A stretch of 62,961 nt of DNA, the filler included, from Nemertoderma westbladi (lineage: Eukaryota > Animalia > Xenacoelomorpha), in NCBI GenBank assembly GCA_032718475.1. It is 3 parts of 3 records of this genome, joined end to end, with 100 filler letters (N's around TTAATTAATTAA, not from the genome) between each part and the next. Parts side by side here need not be neighbours in the genome. Positions count along the whole stretch, not along the records: positions 1 to 28,051 come from JAUCBJ010004748.1; positions 28,152 to 58,060 come from JAUCBJ010000834.1; 1 more part is not named here. One strand, 5' to 3'. Made by a program: the position numbers and the translations under genes. Numbering within the stretch: the stretch's first letter is position 1; each line of letters begins with the position of its first letter. The notes beneath the pieces are model-generated. The model worked only from the letters and a program-made list of their open reading frames with translations, did no database searches and was not told the origin of the DNA. Shown in pieces: positions 25,601 to 37,608 of the stretch.

Positions 25601-26106
25601 TCAGGAGGACATGGAGGGTGCTTCTTCTGAAACATCTCTATAGTTTCCAGACAGACTGGAGCAATGGAATCATGTGAGAAAGCAATGCAGATCATGCCCT
25701 TAACCCCTTCCTGGCTAGAGCGTACGCGGTACGCTCCCATGCTGCGGCCTACAAAATATTATCATAATCAATATTTTCAAAAGTTAACAAATATTGTTGT
25801 TATCTATGGTTACCCGTAATACAATGGACCAACATTCGTTTGGAATAATGTCCCTAATTATACAAGTATATTATGACAGAATTTCGGTTCTAGCCATTGT
25901 CAACGTCGTCACCCGTACCCATACCGGTACCGGTACCGGTATCATCATCGCTGCTATCACTATCACGATACTAGTTCTGTTGTTGTGTAGCTGTATATTG
26001 TAGTTCTGTAGTTGGTTGCAAAAGCACTTGGGCTTTTATCCCCGCACCCCCCCCCCCCCCCCCCTCGTCATCCTTTCTCGGTGGTGGCTTCCGCTGTTTC
26101 AGAGTA

Positions 26107-26139
<33 letters not shown>

Positions 26140-27644
26140 GGTCAGTTCATATACAAATGTCTTTAATTCGCTGGTTCACAGTTGAAGCCATAGATTTATG
26201 TTTCTTCCTTCCATCGTCCAAGTTACAGCTGCTTATAATTAGTAAATCTATAATTAATCAATATAAATTTACTTTTAGATTATATTAGATTGAAATGTAA
26301 AACATAATTATTACATGCAACGCATAGGCCTATTGATTGGTGTCTCTAACATTCATGAATCCTGTGAATTGAGTTTCGAGTTAATAGCTCTTATCATAAC
26401 AATCTAGAAATCTTCTCTTTTCCTTTGAAACATTTTTGAAAAACAATTATCGTTTTAATGAATAATTTACAAGCACATGTGACATGAAGTTACAGAAGTC
26501 AAGGGAAATAATTTAACTTTCAAATTGTAAACATATCCAAAGTAACAGTAGATACCACAAAAACTATCCCTCAATTATTATAAATCTGAATTAGAATATT
26601 TTAAACATACAATGGTTCTTCTGGTGTAACTGTTTACCGTCCAGTGATAAGTCCGTAGCTTTTTACATCCCTAACTAAGTAAAATAAATTAGCTTGGCCA
26701 AAGGATTATTTACTTCCCATTTCTGGGCGGTATAATTCTCTCGTCTCAATGTTGAATTCTCAATTTAGGGAAAGGAGCACGTTACAGTGGCACAATATTC
26801 TAACCAAAATATGTCAAATATTTTCAGAAATTGTAACTCCTTCTGCTTTGAAATCTATTGGCTATATCTACTGTGCTGCTTAAATAATTTCTTCCATGTT
26901 AAAATTTTAATAACTCATTAAGAAATATTATCTGCTCATAGCTTGTCAATTCTACTTGATATTTTTTTATTATATATATTTTTTTTTTTTTATAAAAAAT
27001 TTATTTGCAAAAACAAACAGTTGTGTCTCTATTGTGTGGAGTTAGTGATATCTTTAATGGAGTTAATGAATGCAAATAAACACGTTGGTTTAAAACTTAA
27101 TTAAATTTAATTTTAATTTAAAATTAAAGGGAAGTTACAGATTACAGTGGCGGTGTTTTCTAGCCAAAATAATAAACCAAAATTATATTTCACTCGCATT
27201 TACATTGCGCCACTATATGATTGTGTGATACTTTCTGATAGCGGCTTCTTTTTCGTTTTTTTTTTTCAATTTTCATTTTTGAAATAAAACTAGATATACA
27301 TTCATATTCTAAAGATGAAATTAGTTCTAAATTTTAATGCCAAATTAGGATTAGATAAACCAGAAATTGATTATTTAGGGTTATAAAGATAGTATACACC
27401 CCGACCCGTACTAAACAAACAGCTTTGGTAAAACGCAACCACCAAAGAAGGGGTGTACACGCTACGCCGACAACCGTCAAACCACTGACGACAACGACAA
27501 TAACATAACCTGTGCACATGACTCTCGTTTATTGTTTTGGTTAGAATAACATTCCACTGTGACCTCTTTCCTCCAGTTAGCGTTTAAAGAGGCGTTAACT
27601 TTTCTTGTTGTTTGTTGCGAATCTACTAAACCACCAAAGAACGC

Positions 27645-27765
27645 GATCGTACTGTATCACGAATTGGGACCTTCGCGCAGCACGTGAGATTAATTATGTT
27701 AAGTGACAACTCCAAATTATCATAAGCAAAATATACGCAAATTCCCCTAACCACTAACTTTTACC
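27645..27765 (-). mobile_element. isolated 3' end of a HINE-like element
   Basis: reverse complement contains CACGTGCTGCGCGAAGGTCCCAATTCGTG, matching 24520-24548. Confidence 0.5.
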
Positions 27766-28051
27766 CGTTAGCAGCTAACTGCGTAACTGCAGACGGTTAA
27801 GACCTCGCGATGTCTGATGGGTGTGATGTTTAGAATAAATGTACCATATATCATCTGGTAGAAAGGGTTATGTACAATAACTCGAATAAGATGATAGTGT
27901 GCTAATTAAATGTTGGTACGGTAACTCAAGCTTATTCAATATTGTATTTTTTAACCTTTCCTCTCACTTCTTTCACTTCTTTTGACTTCTTTCACAAGCA
28001 CAATCCTCTCTGACGCCTGGTTTTCAACCGCCTCCCACTGTATTTTCATTT

Positions 28052-28151
28052 NNNNNNNNNNNNNNNNNNNNNNNNNNNNNNNNNNNNNNNNNNNNTTAAT
28101 TAATTAANNNNNNNNNNNNNNNNNNNNNNNNNNNNNNNNNNNNNNNNNNNN
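28052..28151. other. artificial contig linker/gap
   Basis: 44 N + TTAATTAATTAA (stops in six frames) + 44 N. Confidence 0.97.
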
Positions 28152-28417
28152 CAAAATGCGAGATCTCGGTTAGTCAGTAGGATATATAGTGGAAAACTGC
28201 AGTAATCATTGTTGTTCAGTAGGGTCTATATCGTTACTATGGCGTTAGGTTAAACTCGATTGATTAGGTAGTCAGGTAGACAAGCAGATAGGCAGATGTA
28301 GGCGTATTGATCGAATGCTTCGATCGTGGTTTAGGCTACCGGTACCACCGCAGTCTGACAGCATTTAATAATGAGCCTACATTAGTAAAATTTTAGTAAA
28401 CTATAGATTTGGACTAT

Positions 28418-29856
28418 GGCAGTGATTTTTTATGTCCTTTTATTTGACTTTTTTTGTCCTTTTTTTTTACGAATTATGCATAATGACTTTTGTTGTCCTT
28501 TTAATGACTTTTATTGTCCTTTTAATGACTTTTTTATGTATGTATTTCTTCAACCTGTCAGACTGCTGATTTCTGGAATGTCAGACAGTTGATTTCACTA
28601 TGCCGTGCCAAAACATTCCATGATTCCATGATTTATAGACTATGAGATAGATTTCCATATGCGCCTGTGGTAAAAAAGACTCTATATTTAATAGTTTGTG
28701 GTTGTTGTCGATAATCGATTACCACATGACGTAGCAAAACACTTATTTTATAGCCAAAAACAATTACCAATTGATGGAAAGGAGCAGGTTAAGGCCGAGT
28801 TTTCTAACCAAAACAATAAACAGTCACTTTACCAAATCAGGGAAAGGAGCAGGTTACAGAGACAGGATTTTCTAACCAAAACAATAAACGATCACTTAAC
28901 TAATTGAGGGAGAGGAGCAGGTTGCAGAGGCGGGATTTTCTAACCAAAACAATAAACGATCACTTAACTTATTGAGGGAAAGGAGCAGGTTACAGAGGCG
29001 GGATTTTCTAACCAAAACAATAAACGATTATTTAACTAATTGAGGGAAAGGGACAGGTTACAGAGGCGGAATTTTCTAACCAAAACAATAAACGATCACT
29101 TAACTAATTGCGGGAAAGGAGCAGGTTACAGAGGCGGGCCTTTCTAACCAAAACAATAAACGGTCACTTTACCAATTCAGGGAAAGGAGGCAGGTTACAG
29201 AGGCGGGATTTTCTAACCAAAACAATAAACGATCATTTAACTAATTGAGGGAAAGGGGCAGGTTACAGAGGCGGGATTTTCTAACCAAAACAATAAACGA
29301 TCATTTAACTAATTGAGGGAAAGGAGCAGGTTACAGAGACGGGATTTTCTAACCAAAACCAATAAACTATGTCATGAACATAACAATAAACTATGTCATG
29401 AATATTTGAGGGAATGGGACAGCTTAAAGATAAAGCATCATTGATTTACAATTTCAAATTACATAAATTCAATTAAATTATATTTCAAATAAAATTAATA
29501 CAATTTCTTCACCTGTCAAATTAAATCAATACAATGTAATTACTGTACCATTAGCACAACCGGTCAGCCGGTAGGCCTACCATTACCGTATTTAAATGGT
29601 AGGCTACACAGTAGGCCTAAAGCAGTACCGGTGCCGGTACCGGTACTAAAATACAGAAATACCTGCTTTATACCTACATCTGTACATACAATACAGCAAA
29701 ATAGTGCTATATATACTAATACCGGTACTGATAGACTGAGAGAACAGCAGTAGATAAACCGGTAGCATGGAACCTAACATTAGACTTTTGGAGGACATAA
29801 AAAATAAAAAAAAAAGGACAAAAAAAGGATTTAAACGGACAATAAAAATTATTGCG
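28418..29856 (+). mobile_element. non-autonomous Mutator-like DNA element, copy 2
   Basis: 9-bp TSD TTGGACTAT (28409-28417, 29857-29865); same termini GGCAGTGATTTTT...AAAATTATTGCG as copy 1. Confidence 0.8.
28760..29365. repeat. 68-bp tandem repeat, about 8-9 copies
   Basis: reverse complement of the 3234-3760 unit. Confidence 0.95.
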
Positions 29857-30652
29857 TTGGACTATTTAGGTCTACTGCAGTATTGTTGTACCGGTAAACA
29901 TTAAATGTAAATTGTTTGCTACCGGCGTCGGTAGTACAGTCAGATGGTGGAAGGCAGATTTTACTTACGGTGGCAGTTAATATTCACGGAAAGATGAAGT
30001 TGGGATGTTCGTTGGCGACGAGGAAGTTGGTTGACGAGGACGACGAGAGAGTTTATTTAACGATAGAACGGAATGATATCGGAAATTAGAAATATTGGAA
30101 TATTACGCGGAGGATTCGCTGAAGTTCGTTGTCGATGATGAGAGATAACGCAGCGAAATGACAATAATACAACTGTACAACTGGATTGTTGATTGATGAT
30201 AATAAATAAACTCTTAATAATAATAATAAACTCGAAAACAAAATAATGATAAATGATGCTAGTTGTAACTTGCAAATGAAATAATGACGTAATATCTTAA
30301 TGAGAGGCTTATTAAATAGCAATTCGGATGTTGAGGGAGGCCGTTGTCTCTTAAATGAGCCAATCAGGGCGCAGCAGCAGAAATGATCCCGGCTGATTGG
30401 GCGTTCGTGCATAAGCGGTAACCAGGGTGATTGCTTGCGACATTAACTTTATATTAGAAAGCTTATATTATATAAATTATTAATTAAAAGTAATACAATT
30501 AATTAATTTAAAATAAAGTTCAAATAAATAATTAATTTAAAATTAAATATAAATAAATAAAGTAAAAATAAATACAAATAAATAAATTAAAATTAAATAT
30601 AAATAAATAAGAATTAATAAATAAAAGAGCTGCGGTGTCACTTATGACACCC

Positions 30653-31034
30653 TCTTGGGCCTCTAGGCGACAGTTAGACAACACTGACACCCATTGGGTG
30701 TCATATGACACCATAGTATCACCCATAGGGTGTCATTGGCGCCAGACTGTCTGGGTGACACCTCCCAATTAGGCTAATTAGACCCTAATTGTTAGGTGTC
30801 ATCAATTAATTAGGATAATCAATTAAACCCTAATTAGGAGTCGTAAGACACCTATTAGGGTTTAATTGTACTAATTAATTGATGACACCTAACAATTAGG
30901 GTCTAATTAGCCTAATTGGGAGGTGTCACACAGACAGTCTGGCGCCAATGACACCCTATGGGTGATAATAGGGTGTCATCATATGACACCCAATGGGTGT
31001 CAGTGAGGTCTAACTGTCGCCGAGCCACCCAAGA
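30653..31034. repeat. ~380-bp near-perfect palindrome (foldback/MITE-like) rich in TGACACC motifs
   Basis: arms of ~190 bp centred on the GTAA loop at 30843-30846. Confidence 0.9.
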
Positions 31035-31109
31035 CCCTACTACTATTGAGTATTTATTTAGATAAGATATTAATTGATTATTTATTATTATTTCATATAT
31101 TTTGCTATT

Positions 31110-33150
31110 TTGCTTAGTACAGGCAGACGAGAGATTGGGCTGTAGTTGTTACATTAGTTAGTAGTTGGCAGTTGCATTAGGGAAAACACCTTGTTTGATA
31201 GAAATATTAATTAGATAACTGAGGTGTAGTGATAAGGCTTAGCGACTGAGATTTGTAACTTGACGGGGATGTTGTCGTTGGAAAAAGATTTTTTATCTAG
31301 ATGTAGAAAGTTGTATTAAACCTCTACGGGTGTGGTTTCTATTAACGTAATAACTATTTACATACTTGTGTGTAAAGTAGCACTTTACTGTGTGATGATC
31401 CGAGTGGCTTTGTTACACGAACGAATGTTAGTGAGTGAGTGAAAATAAAGCCAAGAGGATCAGAACACTGTAAAGTACTTTGCAACAAGTATTAATGTAG
31501 TTTTACTATAAAATTTTAACATTACGAAATGATTGTACATATACATTATAAAGTGATAGAAACTGCACAAATTATATTAGTTGCTGTATAAATAAATGTA
31601 AATATGACATAAATTATGTTATAAATAAATTAGCTTATATTTATCGCGGCGTTTGGAGCCATTTTAATAATATAGCTACTGGTTATTAATAGCAATACAC
31701 GTGGAGCGCAGAGTTTATTATGAGCCATGTTTTTTCATGTTACCTGAATTCGATTCAAATTGATGGGCGTAATAGTTCTTTTCCGCTTTGAGTAGGATGC
31801 TTGTGAGAGTATTCCTATAATTTTTATATGTGGTGAAATTTATTGACGTCGGTTTTTTTTATATAGGCGCGATATAATTTATTTTTTGTTATAGTGTAAT
31901 CGAGTAAGTGATGAGTCATCCATGGTTTTGATAATTCTTTATACTGTATTATGTTTTTTTGGGAGATGTTTGGAACAGATGTTTCCATGGCTATTGTAGA
32001 ATGAATCAAACTTTTCGCAGTTGCGTACAGTATGAGACTTGTAGGACCATGATTGTTCTGATTGGATGTCTTTCAAAAATCCATGTTTCGAAAATTTTTA
32101 GTAATATTTCGTAATATTTTTGTTAGATTTAATTGGTTTTTTTGGAAGATAGTAAAGTTTGGCCGAAGGTCAGAAGTTCCAATTTTGCAGTTAAAGCGTC
32201 CGGCAGTGCTGGTAGAAGTTGTTATATTTGTGAGAATGTGGTCAATTAGGGTTTCCGAATGTAATGTTTTGTTGGAAAGTTCACTGTGAAAAACACGAGT
32301 CAGGTGATTGATTAGTTGAAGAAAACTGTATAAGTTAATCAGACCGATATATGAATTCAGGGATTGGTCCATTCTTTAGCAGATTAAAGTTTACGTCACC
32401 AGTAATAATTACGTCATAGTTGCGAGAAGCTAGTAGGGATAGATTAGATTCTAGAAGAGATAGAAAGTCATTAGCAGTGGTAGATTCAGGACGGTAGATT
32501 GTACCTACAATTAGTGGTTTAGAACTTTGGTGTCTCTTAATTTGTACCCATGAGTTTTCAAGGCTGCTTATTTTCAAGTCAGGACGCTCAGTAGCCTCAA
32601 GGCTATCTTTGACAAATATTGCCGCCCAACTGCGTTAGAGCAGATGATCGGTTATGTAAAAAAGCTAATTTATAGTACGGAAATTCTATTTTACTAAGTA
32701 GGTCATCTTCACATAAAAATGTTTCTGTAAAGGTTAAAATATCAAAATTTTGATTCAGGGTTAAAAGAAACTCTATTATATAGGGTAGATTTTTTGGCAA
32801 GCTGCGACAATTTTGATGGAAAATTTTGAGGGAGGAGTTTCTTAGTTCTTTATTAGTAATGTTGTTATCAGGATCCAGATGACTAAATGTTTGATTTAAA
32901 ATATCAGGATTAATAGGTTTGTCTTTGGATATAGGTTCAAAAATATCAATATCAGTAGAGTCGATGCCATAGAATGGAAAAATATCGGCGTTACAGTGAA
33001 AACAGTATACATCGTAGGAGATAGAGCAACCCTGAACATCAGCCAAGGCTTAATGCGTACCACACTGCATATGATAATAATTGACGCACAAAGTGAAATT
33101 TATAACACTCTCTGTTGTAGCACATAGGGAGTAACAAAACGAAAAGAAAT
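31110..33150 (-). pseudogene. degraded CR1/L2-type ORF2 (PHD-like, APE endonuclease, start of RT)
   Basis: CFHCNADIFPF, IFHQNCRSL, FDILTFTET, IVGTIYRP, GDVNFNLL, LIDHILTN, KPWMT, NYSPISRLPVLSK. Confidence 0.85.
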
Positions 33151-33437
33151 TGGGATGGGATTGGTTGGATAATGGTTGGGAAGGATAATGGTTGTAAAAT
33201 GTAGAATGTAAAAATCAATGCTTATTATCTGTATCAGGTTACACACTGTGGCATTCAAAATGTTTTATAGGTGAATGGCATTTAGTAAGGTTGTATTCAA
33301 TATAATAAGGTTGATCCAAAAGGAAAGGAATCGATGATCAAGGTGGATGGGAATGGGGAAGTTGGAGGAGACGTGTTGAACACAGAGCTGGCAAAGTGCA
33401 AGGAGGTGATAGATGGTAGACCATTATATAATATACT

Positions 33438-35234
33438 AACAATTATTAATACACAATATTGGTTTAGGATAAAATGGCACAAACAGGACTGCAAAATAAT
33501 TGTAATGAAGGCAGCAGTTTCTTGGTCGGAGTTTAGAATTCGTCCACCAGTCCCCATAGGCCTGTGCCATCCCGAAACACAAATCCCTCCATGACCATCG
33601 ACTGCCCCACAGGCAGAGGGAGCTAGACTGAAGGAGAGTGAATTGCAGCCTATAGCGAACACCCCCCAACAACCACGCGAGGCCCCTCTCCTGCATTCCA
33701 TCACACCTTGCCACAAGATTCTCTGAAAGGTGGCAGATAAATATTTGGGCCTTGGCACACCAAACACCATCAGTGGTGCTAATCAGGGGGGTGAACGCCA
33801 TTATCAGGTCCTCACAGAGAGTTTGGTAGTGCAATTTTTTTAAGTGGCAGCGCTGCTCCAGGATGGATTCGGTGGACTGGTTGGTATGGGCATAAGAGGT
33901 AGCATCAGCGTTTACGACCGCGAGATTGTATGACACTACTCTCAGGTTTGCCCATACTCCCCGGGCCACCAAATCTGCCCGCACTCCCCTACCTCTCGCC
34001 CATCCCTGTCAAGATAGCCTCTGGTCAGTGTGACCTCCCATTCGACACTGGGAGCATGCAGCTGAGGGCGTGGGCAGTTGTAAAAGGACAACCACAGCCT
34101 TCGCTCTTTGCCGGCAGATTAGGTGGGACAAGGCCATACCTGAGGGCCAGGTTGTCCTGGAATTCCTCGTCACTGAGATCGGTAGCATCAACGACACTTG
34201 GCTGGGTCGTCATCCTGCACCTGGTTTTATTGCAGGTCGCACGTTCAGTGGTCCGTCGTAGTCCACTCAGGACCGGGATTTCCTCTTATAGACTGTGTCC
34301 TGGGAGATATGACTTTTAATGAGTTTGGTCCACAATTGTGCGCTGTGGTCCACCACATGTAGGGGTTGCCCGGAATAGATAGCGTCTGCGACTAGAGCAG
34401 TACCCTCTAATGAGGCAATGTGTGCCGGAATCAATGTGTACCTTCATCAATGGACCCTGCAGACCAACAGCACCATAACGAGCGGGGAGGAGGACCAGAT
34501 CACTGTCTTCCGAACCCAATGGAGGGGATGAAGCGCTGCACCATTGCAGAACGGATGGGAGCTATCTCATCATCATTGGTTGGGATGACTGGTTGGATGA
34601 CATTGATTGGTTCATGATCCTGGCACAATTTTAATACCACTAGTGCCAAATAATGACTGGGCTTTGGCTTCTAACCCCGGTTTCACTATTAGAAACTATG
34701 CTAGGACACACACGGAGGAGCTCTGTCCACCAGACCCAGACTCTGGAAAAGCTACCAGCTGAAGAAGCGTCATCGGTGCACCAACATTGGCATTGTGATG
34801 GCCTTGCCTGGGTACTGGTTCTTGTGGACCCATTGCAGTTGAGCCTGTAGCTGGGGAGCCCATTGCGGTGGAACCCGTGACAGAGGTGCCCGTTTCTAGG
34901 GGAGCCTTTTGTGTGGAACCCATTGCTGGCAAACCCGTTACTTGAGGACCCATTGCAGTAGAACCCGTGTTGGATGAAATCATTTCTGTGGGACCCATTT
35001 GTGTGGAACCCGTAGCTTGGGAATCCATTTCTGGGGTACCCATTGCGGTGGACCCAGTGTCAGTGGTACCTGTTTCTAGGGGGGCCATTGTATGGAACTC
35101 AGCTTGGGAACACGTTACTGGGAGACACATTGCAGTGGAGTCACTGTCATCACGCATTACTGGAAGAGCCAACTGATGACCACCACTTACAATGCTTAAG
35201 ATTTTTTTCTCCCGCATGGACACCTCCCTGGGAG
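33438..35234 (-). mobile_element. internally deleted CRE-like non-LTR element with both ends retained
   Basis: 15-bp TSD ATTATATAATATACT (33423-33437, 35235-35249); FQDNLALRYG..GCGCPFTTAHALSC, RADLVARGVW, FTPLISTTDG (REL region); repetitive N-terminal ORF 34696-35223; RT core absent. Confidence 0.75.
34810..35100. repeat. degenerate ~30-bp coding tandem repeat (TGSTAMG-type peptides on minus strand)
   Basis: recurrent GAACCC/CCCATTGC units; ORF 34696-35223. Confidence 0.75.
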
Positions 35235-35714
35235 ATTATATAATATACTGGATAGTGACACAGGGTCATTAGAAGCTTTGACGCTGGCGCACATATTGAG
35301 GGGGTGGCCAGCAGAGGTGGAATATACCAGTGACGATAAGATGAATGTGGCATTTTGCCACCAATTGATGATAAGATGAAGGTTGGCATTCTGTCACCAA
35401 GAGACGATGAAGAATTATGTGAGGTAACGGGAAGGTCAGATCTAAGACTGGAGAAGAGGGGAAGGTCAGATCCAAGGGATTTAGGATCGGTGAGAAGACT
35501 GGGGCGAAGGATAAGTAGACATACAGGAGGGCAGAGACCCCAATCCCAGAGACGATAACCGACATCGCTCAGGTAGTTGCAACGAAACATGGTTGACAAT
35601 GTCCAATGACCGGCTGTGGTGCGAGTGACATCGGAGGTCACCCAAGACCCAATAAGGGTTACCCACTGGTACTTAAAACTTTCGCGGTAGTTTGTCTTAG
35701 TAGTAGTCTCAAAT

Positions 35715-37055
35715 TTAAATAGTTAAACTAGTTAAATATCCTTTCAAATTACTCGGAGCTATATCAGCACCAGCTCTATCCAGTTCCCTAAAGTCTTGAA
35801 TATGAGGTGGAACGTTATACACGACCTTTTGAGTAATATGTCTACGTAAATCATATATCTTACTCATATCGCTAAAAACAACTGCAGGAAGAAACTCCAA
35901 GTTTGAAATAATTTCCGGATGATCCACGATGGGTATTTCGTACGTCGTATCCTGTCGGACTGGTATACTAACAGGAAAATTGAGTGTCGTACTCAATGGT
36001 TTCGTAGTCGAAGTACTATATGGTTGCATTTCTCTTGTCCTCTCCGGGGATGCAATCTGTAGTCTCTGAATAACATTTTGAGCAAAGTTTATGCTCTCGA
36101 AAACTTCCGGTGTCATCTCCTTAGCTGGAGTTTGATCGTGTGACGTCCAATGGTAAGGTAGGCTAGCGAGTCTTCCGCCCCATTCTTCCATCTCACCTTT
36201 CTCGAAAGCCTTGTAGGCTCTGTATAGGCTAAGAGCTTCTTTCTTTTCGCGGGTTGACTGATTCGCCTCGTCCAGCGTAAGTTCAAATGCATCGGGTTCA
36301 ACAACCTTAGGTGGGTAAACGACAGTTTCTCCCGCCTTTGGTCCAGTCATAGCAAACGAATGATATGGATTCGATAAAGGATACCCTCCTTCCTGGTAGC
36401 GTAGTTGTTGATGGTTCGAACACCTCGCCAATATCGGTTCGGGATTTTCCTTATTCAAACGCATTGGAATCGCATTTCGTTGTTCGCGCATACAAGAACC
36501 GCATTGATAATAAAGTTTATAAACTGAAAATGCTTCCTTGGTTTCTCTATCGTCCCCTCGAGTTCGTCTGTAAAGATGCATTCCATCAAATTCATCTCGT
36601 ACCGCAGGCATAGGTTCGTGCGCCTTTAGGTATTGCATGGTATGATACAAACGACTAATTTCAGTATCGGGGTCTTCGCTAATGTCTCCCGTATCACACA
36701 AAGCGTCGTACGGGTAAAGTTCATTGAAGGTTTTGCGCAAACTTTCGATTCTTTCATTTAACGCATTTTGCCTCCTTTTTAATACATTTGAGTCATATTT
36801 CGTTCTCGCGAGTTTCGCAGTACTTTCTGATAATTCCTTTATACCAAATATAGTGTAGTCTTTGGCTCCAAATCTCTCGAATGGCGCTGCTGCTTCCTCT
36901 TGGATATCATATCCCCATCTCGGCTCTCCATGTATCTCCTTCTCCATAATTAGAGGTGTAGTTACATAATCATTACTACTAGAGGGAATACAACAGAGTT
37001 TGTAGTTAGTTGTGAGGAGACGTGAGAGTTTTCGTCTGCCCTTTTGGCTCGACAA
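35715..37055 (-). CDS. accessory ORF of unknown function downstream of BEL integrase (first ATG at 36947, ~410 aa)
   Basis: uninterrupted 446-codon non-repetitive ORF, same strand as the integrase, 550 bp downstream; bHLH-like segment, CxxC motif, no obvious TM helix. Confidence 0.7.
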   Translation of the reverse strand: MSSQKGRRKLSRLLTTNYKLCCIPSSSNDYVTTPLIMEKEIHGEPRWGYDIQEEAAAPFERFGAKDYTIFGIKELSESTAKLARTKYDSNVLKRRQNALNERIESLRKTFNELYPYDALCDTGDISEDPDTEISRLYHTMQYLKAHEPMPAVRDEFDGMHLYRRTRGDDRETKEAFSVYKLYYQCGSCMREQRNAIPMRLNKENPEPILARCSNHQQLRYQEGGYPLSNPYHSFAMTGPKAGETVVYPPKVVEPDAFELTLDEANQSTREKKEALSLYRAYKAFEKGEMEEWGGRLASLPYHWTSHDQTPAKEMTPEVFESINFAQNVIQRLQIASPERTREMQPYSTSTTKPLSTTLNFPVSIPVRQDTTYEIPIVDHPEIISNLEFLPAVVFSDMSKIYDLRRHITQKVVYNVPPHIQDFRELDRAGADIAPSNLKGYLTSLTI

Positions 37056-37608
37056 CGCTCTAACCTCCTACCCATAGCCTAAGATCTAGGGTTTCTTTAA
37101 TGACACGCTGCTTCTTATCTAAAATTTTTTGCCGAAATAAAAACGAATTTGGGCTAAACTGGCTGTGAGTCTAAAATACTCACCTTTTGATCCCAAACTA
37201 TTATCAGAAAATAAGCAATCAAGAGTTAGTAATAAATATAGGGAAGTCTATTTTGACGTAACTTATTGAAACAAGACCGTGTAAAATTTAATTAAAATTT
37301 TTAAGAAAGGCTCGCAAGTCTTCCTCTCTTGTTTCTCTAATTTTAAGTTCCACCCGACTGTACCCTGAAATCTATTCACTGGAGAAAATTTTGTAAATTT
37401 TTCAAATCCTAATGGATTGTCTAAAATTTCGAAAATGTCTCAATATTGTGAGTTCCAAGTAGAATTCCATTTCTTATACCTACAAATCCCGCTCCTATGT
37501 GACACATAAGGGTACTACCCTCAATGTTCACATATAAAGTCAATGGAATTCTACCGCTGTCCTTACTACAGTGTACAGGTACGTGGAAATCTATTTGTAA
37601 ACTCCTAA

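Noticed and set aside
25701-25760. piggyBac-like left end TTAACCCC
   Set aside because: No matching right end found before the gap
28096-28107. TTAATTAATTAA as a biological motif
   Set aside because: Centred identically in both N-gaps; a standard six-frame-stop linker
2767-29856. Giant composite transposon bounded by the inverted 1.3-1.4-kb copies
   Set aside because: Each copy has its own distinct TSD and a contig linker lies between them
35715-37055. env glycoprotein
   Set aside because: No signal peptide, TM anchor or Cys-rich ectodomain pattern
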